NCBI GenBank assembly: GCA_964016885.1
Contig: OZ024741.1
Location: forward strand, 159,092,001 to 159,156,000
Length of the DNA: 64,000 nt
Source of the DNA: Eledone cirrhosa
Lineage: Eukaryota
Reading direction: 5' to 3'
Below are positions 56,614 to 64,000 of the stretch, piece after piece. A program made the position numbers and the translations under genes. How positions within the stretch are numbered: position 1 is the stretch's first letter; the number at the start of each line of letters is the position of its first letter. The notes under the pieces were generated by a model that worked only from the letters and a program-made list of their open reading frames with translations, ran no database searches and was not told where the DNA came from.

Positions 56614-59600
56614 TTTGCAGTTGTTGGTAATGATGATGGCGATGTTATTATCAGTGATGATGATGATGATGATGATGTTGTTGTTGCTATTGATGATGGT
56701 GATGATGATATTGCTGCTGTTGACAGTAGTGATGATGATAATTACCTTGACATTAGCTGTGGTGGTAGTGTTGGTGATGGTTGTGGTGATGGTTGTGATG
56801 TTGTGGTGGTGTTGGTGGTGGTGGTGTTGGTGATGGTTGTGGTGGTAGTGTTGGTGGTGGTTGTGGTGGTAGTATTGGTGGTGGTTGTGGTGGTAGTGTT
56901 GGTGGTGGTTGTGGTGATGGTTGTGATGTTGTGGTGGTGTTGGTGGTGGTGGTGTTGGTGATGGTTGTGGTGGTAGTGTTGGTGGTGGTTGTGGTGGTAG
57001 TATTGGTGGTGGTTGTGGTGGTAGTGTTGGTGGTGGTTGTGGTGATGGTTGTGATGTTGTGGTGGTGTTGGTGGTGGTGGTGTTGGTGATGGTTGTGGTG
57101 GTAGTGTTGGTGGTGGTTGTGGTGGTAGTATTGGTGGTGGTTGTGGTGGTAGTGTTGGTGGTGGTTGTGGTGATGGTTGTGATGTTGTGGTGGTGTTGGT
57201 GGTGGTGGTGTTGGTGATGGTTGTGGTGGTAGTGTTGGTGGTGGTTGTGGTGGTAGTATTGGTGGTGGTTGTGGTGGTAGTGTTGGTGGTGGTTGTGGTG
57301 ATGGTTGTGATGTTGTGGTGGTGGTGGTGTTGGTGGTGGTTGTGGTGGTAGTGTTGGTGGTGGTTGTGGTGATGGTTGTGATGGTTGTGGTGGTGGTGTT
57401 GGTGGTGGTAGTGTTGGTGGTGGTTGTGGTGGTCGTGTTGGGTGGTTGTGGTGGTAGTGTTGGTGGTGGTTGTGGTGATGGTTGTGATGGTTGTGGTGGT
57501 GGTGTTGGTGGTGGTAGTGTTGGTGGTGGTTGTGGTGGTCGTGTTGGTGGTGGTTGTGGTGGTAGTGTTGGTGGTGGTTGTGGTGGTAGTGTTGGTGGTG
57601 GTTGTGGTGATGGTTGTGATGGTTGTGGTGGTGGTGTTGGTGGTGGTAGTGTTGGTGGTGGTTGTGGTGGTAGTGTTGGTGGTGGTTGTGGTGGTAGTGT
57701 TGGTGGTGATTGTGGTGATGGTTGTGATGGTTGTGGTGGTAGTGTTGGTGGTGGTTGTTGTGGTAGTGTTGGTGATGGTTGTGGTGGTAGTGTTGGTGGT
57801 GGTTGTGGTGGTAGTGTTGGTGGTGGTTGTGGTGGTAGTGTTGGTGGTGGTTGTGGTGATGGTTGTGATGTTGTGGTGGTGGTGTTGGTGGTGGTTGTGG
57901 TGGTAGTGTTGGTGGTGATGGTTGTGATGGTTGTGGTGGTGGTGTTGGTGGTGGTAGTGTTGGTGGTGGTTGTGGTGGTCGTGTTGGTGGTGGTTGTGGT
58001 GGTAGTGTTGGTGGTGGTTGTGGTGGTAGTGTTGGTGGTGGTTGTGGTGATGGTTGTGATGGTTGTGGTGGTGGTGTTGGTGGTGGTGGTGTTGGTGGTG
58101 GTAGTGTTGGTGGTGGTTGTGGTGGTAGTGTTGGTGGTGGTTGTGGTGGTAGTGTTGGTGGTGATTGTGGTGATGGTTGTGATGGTTGTGGTGGTGGTGT
58201 TGGTGGTGGTTGTTGTGGTAGTGTTGGTGATGGTTGTGGTGATAGTGTTGGTGATGGTTGTGGTGGTAGTGCTGGTGATGGTTGTGGTGGTAGTGTTGGT
58301 GATGGTGATGGTTGTGGTGGTTGTGTTGGTGATGGTTGTGGTGGTTGTGTTGGTGATGGTTGTGGTGGTTGTGTTGGTGATGGTTGTGGTGGTAGTGTTG
58401 GTGATGGTTGTGGTGGTTGTGTTGGTGATGGTTGTGGTGGTTGTGTTGGTGATGGTTGTGATGGTTGTGGTGGTGGTGTTGGTGGTGGTAGTGTTGGTGG
58501 TGGTTGTGGTGGTAGTGTTGGTGATGGTTGTGGTGGTAGTGTTGGTGATGGTTGTGGTGGTATTGTTGGTGATGGTTGTGGTGGCAGTGTTGGTGATGGT
58601 TATGGTGGTAGTGTTAGTAATAGTTGTGGTGGTAGTGTTGGTGATGGTTGTGGTGGTAGTGTTGGTGATGGTTGTGGTGGCAGTGTTGGTGATGGTTGTG
58701 GTGGCAGTGTTGGTGATGGTTGTGGTGGTAGTGTTGGTGATGGTTGTGGTGGTAGTGTTGGTGATGGTTGTGGTGGTAGTGTTGGTGGTGGTTGTGGTGG
58801 TAGTGTTGGTGGTGATTGTGGTGGTAGTGTTGGTGGTGGTTGTGGTGGTAGTGTTCGTGGTGGTTGTGATGGTAGTGTTGGTGGTGGTTGTGGTGGTAGT
58901 GTTAGTAATAGTTGTGGTGGTAGTATTGGTGATGGTTGTGGTGGTAGTGTTAGTAATAGTTGTGATGGTAGTGTTGGTAATAGTTGTGGTGGTAGTGTTG
59001 GTGATGGTTGTGGTGGTAGTATTGGTGATGGTTGTGGTGGTAGTGTTGGTGATCGTTGTGGTGGTAGTGTTGGTGATGGTTATGGTGGTAGTGTTAGTAA
59101 TAGTTGTGGTGGTAGTGTTGGTGATGGTTGTGGTGGTAGTGTTAGTAATAGTTGTGGTGGTAGTGTTGGTGTGGTTGTGGTGGTAGCGTTGGTGGTGGTT
59201 GTGGTGGTAGTGTTAGTGGTGGCTGATGAGGTAGTGTTGTTGTTGACTGTTATGATAGTGTTGGTGATGGTTGTGGTGGTAGTGTTGGTGGTGGTTATGG
59301 TGGTAGTGTTGGTGGTGGCTGATGAGGTAGTGTTGGTAATTGTTGTGGTGGTAGTGTTGGTGATAGTTGTGGTGGTAGTGTTGGTGATAGTTGTGGCGGT
59401 AGTGTTGGTGATGGTTGTGGTGGTAGTGTTGGTGATGGTTGTGGTGGTAGTGTTGGTGATGGTTCTCGTGATAGTGTTGGTGATGGTTGTGGTGGTAGTG
59501 TTGATGAGAGTTGTGGTGGTAGTGTTGGTGATGGTTGTGGTGGTAGTGTTGGTGATGGTTGTGGTGGTAGTGTTGGTGATGGTTGTGGTGGTAGTGTTGG

Positions 59601-62060
59601 TGATGGTTGTCATGATAGTGTTGTTGATGGCTGTTATGATAGTGTTGGTAATAGTTGTGGTGGTAGTATTGGTGATAGCTGTTGTGGTAGTGTTGGTGAT
59701 GGTTGTGGTGGTAGTGTTGGTGATGGTTGTTGTGGTAGTGTTAGTAATAGTTGTGGTGGTAGTGTTGGTGATAGTTGTGGTAGTAGTGTTGGTGATAGTT
59801 GTGGTGGTAGTGTTGGTGATAGTTGTGGTGGTAGTGTTGGTGATAGTTGCGGTGGTAGTGTTGGTGATAGTTGTGGTGGTAGTGTTGGTGATAGTTGTGG
59901 TAGTAGTGTTGGTAATAGTTGTGGTAGTGTTGGTGATAGTTGTGGTGGTAGTGTTGGTGATAGTTGTGGTAGTAATAGTGTTGGTAATAGTTGTGGTAGT
60001 GTTGGTGATAGTTGTGGTGGTAGTGTTGGTGATAGTTGTGGTAGTGTTGGTGGTGGTTATGGTGATAGTATTGGCAGTGATTGTGCTGTTATTCTTATTG
60101 GTGATGTTATTGGTGGCGGTGGTGGTGGTAGTGTTGCTGAAATTGTTATTGATGTTATTGTTGTTGGTTGTGGTGATGATGATGTTGTTGTTGGAGATGA
60201 TGATGGTGGTGCTTTTGTTGTTGGTGGTGGTGGTGTTATTAGTGTTGTTGGTGGTGGTGGTGTTATTAGTGTTGTTGGTGGTGGTGGTGTTATTAGTGTT
60301 GTTGGTGGTGGTGGTGTTATTAGTGTTGTTGGTGGTGGTGGTGTTATTAGTGTTGTTGGCGTTATTGTTGGTGGTGTTGTTGGTGGTGGTGTTGGTGGTG
60401 GTGTTGGTGGTGGTGTTGGTGGTGTTGTTGGTGGTGTTGTTGGTGGTGGTGTTATTGTTGGTGGTGTTGTTGGTGGTGGTGTTGGTGGTGGTGTTGGTGG
60501 TGTTGTTGGTGGTGGTGTTGGCATTATTGTTGGTGGTGTTGTTGGTGGTGGTGTTGGTGGTGTTGTTGGTGGTGTTGTTGGTGGTGTTGTTGGTGGTGGT
60601 GGTGTTGGTGGTGGTGTTGGCGTTATTGTTGGTGGTGGTGTTGGTGGTGTTGTTGGTGGTGTTGTTGGTGGTGTTGTTGGTGGTGTTGTTGGTGGTGTTG
60701 TTGGTGGTGTTGTTGGTGGTGGTGTTGGCGTTATTGTTGCTGGTGTTGTTGGTGGTGTTGTTGGTGGTGGTGTTGGTGGTGTTGTTGGTGGTGGTGTTGG
60801 CGTTATTGTTGGTGGTGTTGTTGGTGGTGGTGTTGGTGGTGTTGTTGGTGGTGTTGTTGTTGGTGGTGTTGTTGTTGATCATATTGCTGGTGTTAGTGTT
60901 ACTGTTGGTGATGGTGATGGTATTGTTGTTGTTGTAAATGGCTGTTGATGTTGATTATGTTGTTGGTGGTGGTGTTGCTGTAAATGGCTGTGTTGATGTT
61001 GTTATTGTTCTTGCTGATGGTGTTGTTGTTGTTGGTGGTGATGTAATGGTTAAACAAAGTAAATTCTTGTCGATCAATACAACAGACAGTGGCAATAATG
61101 GTGGAGGTGGTGGCTGTTATGAAGATGGAGGTGGTGGTGATTGTGGTGGTGGTGGTGGTGGTGGTGCCTGTTATGATGATGGTGATGGTGGTGGTTATAA
61201 TGATGGTGATGGTTGTTATAAAGATGGTGGTGGAGATGGTGGGAGTTGTAATGAAGATGGTGGTGGTGGTGGTTGTTATGGTGATGGTGGTGGTTGTTAT
61301 AGAGATGGTGGTGGTGGTTGTTATGATGATGGTAATGGCGGTGGTTGTTGTAAAGATGGTGGTGGTGATGGTTGTGATGGTGGTGGTTGTTATAAGGATG
61401 TTGGTGGTGGCAGTTGTGATGGTGATGGTTGTTATAAGGATGTGGGTGGTGGTAGTGGTTGTTATGATGGCGGTGGTTGTTATAAAGATGACGGTGGTGA
61501 TGGTTGTGATGGTGGTGGTTGTTATAAAGATGGTGGTGGTGATGGTTGTTATGATGATGATGGAGGTGGTGGTAGTTGTTATGAAGATGGTGGTGTGGGT
61601 AGTTGTGATGGTGATGGTTGTGGTTGTTATAAAGATGGTGGTGGTGGTTGTTATGATGGTGGTGGAGGTGGTTGTGATGATGATGATGGTGGTGGTTGTT
61701 ATAAGGAAGTTGGTGGTGGCGGTGGTTGTTATGAAGATGGTGATGGCAGTGGTTGTTATAAAGATGGTGGTGATGATGGTGGGCATGAGGGTGGCTGTTA
61801 TGATGATGGTTGGGGTGGTGGTGGTGGTGATGGTTGTTATGATGGTGATGATGGGGGTATTGAGTGTGATGGTTGTGAGGGTGGTGATTGTGGTTATGAT
61901 AATGACGGTGATGATGATAATGAATATGATGATGATGAATATTATGATGATGATGATGATGATAAAGACAATGAAGATGAGGATGATAATCATTATGATG
62001 GTGACAACAATGATGATGATGATGATGATGATATGGATGCCAAAGATGTTGATGAGGATG
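56405..62060. repeat. About 5.6-kb G/T-rich trinucleotide-derived minisatellite with sequential subdomains
   Basis: (GAT)n-GAATTTGCAGTTGTTGGT x4; 128-bp unit x about 4 (anchor at 56795, 56923, 57051, 57179, 57307); 24-bp GGTTGTGGTGGTAGTGTTGGTGAT array; 12-bp GTT/GGT array; GGTTGTTATAAAGAT-based array. Confidence 0.95.
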
Positions 62061-62145
62061 AAGCAAGTTGTTTTAGCTTTCTAAATTACTGATGATGTTG
62101 ATAGCTGTATCTAGTCAGATATTGTTACTATGGCAACTAACTGCT

Positions 62146-62203
<58 letters not shown>

Positions 62204-62319
62204 GAGGTGAAGAGGAGAAAGAAGAGAGAAGGAAGAGGAACTTTAATCAAGAGGGAAAATAGTACATAACTACTACCACTGCTACTACCACTACTAATAC
62301 TACTGTGGAAATGAAATGT

Positions 62320-62640
62320 GAAGCTCACACCTATGTAGGTTTAGCTGGCCACCTATGAGGTTGTAGCTCATAAGAGGTTTCTTGGGAGTTTTAATGATAG
62401 GGGCTACAGTCCTATCATGTTGTTGTTACAGCTCGCACCTATGTAGGTTTAGCTGGCATCCTGTGAGATTGCATGTCATAGGGGCATTCTTTGGTGCTTT
62501 AATGATAGAGGCCCCCAGTTCTATCATGAAAAGTAATAAGAAATGAAGCATCTTACTCAAGAATGCAGAAAGCCACCTGATGCAGGTGTTGAACACACAA
62601 CTTTATAACTGTGAATTCAACACTAACTACTAGGCCACAA
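62320..62640 (-). mobile_element. Old tRNA-head SINE with a duplicated body of about 108 bp
   Basis: Minus strand head GTGGCCTAGTAGTTAG...GTTCAAC...CTTGAGTAAGATGCTT; AGCTC.CACCTATGTAGGTTTAGCTGGC...CTATCATG occurs twice. Confidence 0.6.
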
Positions 62641-63759
62641 CTACTACTAATGATTTCTAGTTTAGTCGCTACAAACTGGGGGGGGGGGGGTAAATCAACA
62701 CAAATACTTCATTGTTACTTTATTTTATCAACACCAGAAGAATGAAAGACAAAACTGACATTGGTGAGAACTGAACTCAGAATATGAAGTGATATAACTA
62801 TATACTACAAGGTATTTTGTATATCACCCTACCAATTCTGTCATCCATAATAATAATAATGATAATAATTTCTACCTTTAGCCTAAGAGTCCATTGCCAA
62901 CCAATTCATTCTTGTTGAACTCCAGAGTTTCCCCAAGAACATTGTCATTCTTCCACACCACTAGTCTTCTATAGATTGCTAACATGAAAGATCCATGGAC
63001 CACATTGCTTGACTGTTAAAAAGCTGTGAGCACCTGATAACATTCCAAATAAAGAACTATAGTTCCATCTAAGAGACAAGCTACACAAAATATGTGACCA
63101 CACCCACTCACCATCTAGGAATCTTTGTAGATGCTGCATCCTCAGCGTATGCTTAGCTGCACATGGACAACCATAGCATACTTAGCCCAAGTGCAGTGCA
63201 TGTTAACAGCAGATAGGCTCATTAAACAGCTTTCATTTCCTCATGTTTTAGAGTATGATCTTTACCTCTTACAATGTGTCATTAGTATGTTGGATAGAAT
63301 GTTTTGCAGTATTTGTTCCAGCTCTGTGCTCTGGGTTCAAAACCCACAAAGATCAACATTGCTTTTCATCCTTTCAAGGCTGATAAAATAGTACCAGTCC
63401 AATACTGGGGTCAATTCTTTCTTTATATCTGTTTTCCACTACTTCACTATTTCTTTCTCTGGAAGAAATTGGCTCTGTTCAGACCTGAAAAAGGGATGGG
63501 CTCCACCAGGTTTAGAAAATGCTCAAGACACATTGTATGTCTCTATGGTGTCCTTACAAGTCTATCAGGAGTTATGGGTCCATACATAAATAAACTGAAG
63601 AAATAGTGGTGGGCCAATCTTGCCACTAACACATCAGTCACAATGCCTTTTCTATTTTACTGACTCTCATCCTCTCTAATCTATTTCTTCTCTCTACTGA
63701 TAGTTCTTTGTTGTAACCTACTGATTCTACATTAACTCTTTTAATACTGCACTGTTTCT

Positions 63760-64000
63760 ACTACACACCATTACACTACAGCCTACACACCATTACACTA
63801 CTACATCCTACACAACATTACACCACTACAGCCTACACAACATTACACTACAGCCTACACACCATTACACCACTACAGCCTACACAAGATCACACCACTA
63901 CAGCCTACACACCATTACACCACTACAGCCTACACACCATTACACCACTACAGCCTACACACCATTACACTACAGCCTACACACCATTACACTACAGCCT
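63760..64000. repeat. 22-25-bp minisatellite TACAGCCTACACACCATTACAC(CAC), running off the window end
   Basis: Seen directly. Confidence 0.92.

Noticed and set aside
57315-60937. Poly-Val ORFs (+) and a mucin-like Thr/Asn ORF (59080..60882, -)
   Set aside because: Trinucleotide-derived satellite open in multiple frames; no signal peptide, unique domain or convincing splice sites; adjacent 128-bp unit breaks frame.

Overview
AT-rich, repeat-dominated animal genomic DNA. The SINE/LINE families and giant (TA/TACA)n tracts point to an Octopus genome (inference from recalled repeat consensus sequences). Only one host coding element is convincing: a 90-nt minus-strand exon (13521-13610) encoding the start of a Sec14/CRAL-TRIO domain of a DBS/MCF2L-type RhoGEF, so the window is probably almost all intron. 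It holds many 5'-truncated RTE-clade LINEs in three young families (here A, B, C, all with a PHD-like C4HC3 finger after the RT where that region is present), older RTE/Rex3-like and Tx1/L1 fragments, two tRNA-derived SINE families, Penelope-like fragments with minimal hammerhead ribozymes and inverted pLTRs, a small Helitron, piggyBac-type MITEs and large micro/minisatellites. The most notable signal is a 3'-UTR cassette of consecutive H-type pseudoknots with compensatory base changes, shared by RTE-A, RTE-B and a chimeric SINE but absent from RTE-C. Also notable are a strong association of insertions with (TA)n tracts and a family-specific strand bias. Most long ORFs in the track are microsatellite artefacts or antisense shadows of LINEs. 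All structures and alignments were done by eye; boundaries of degraded elements are approximate.
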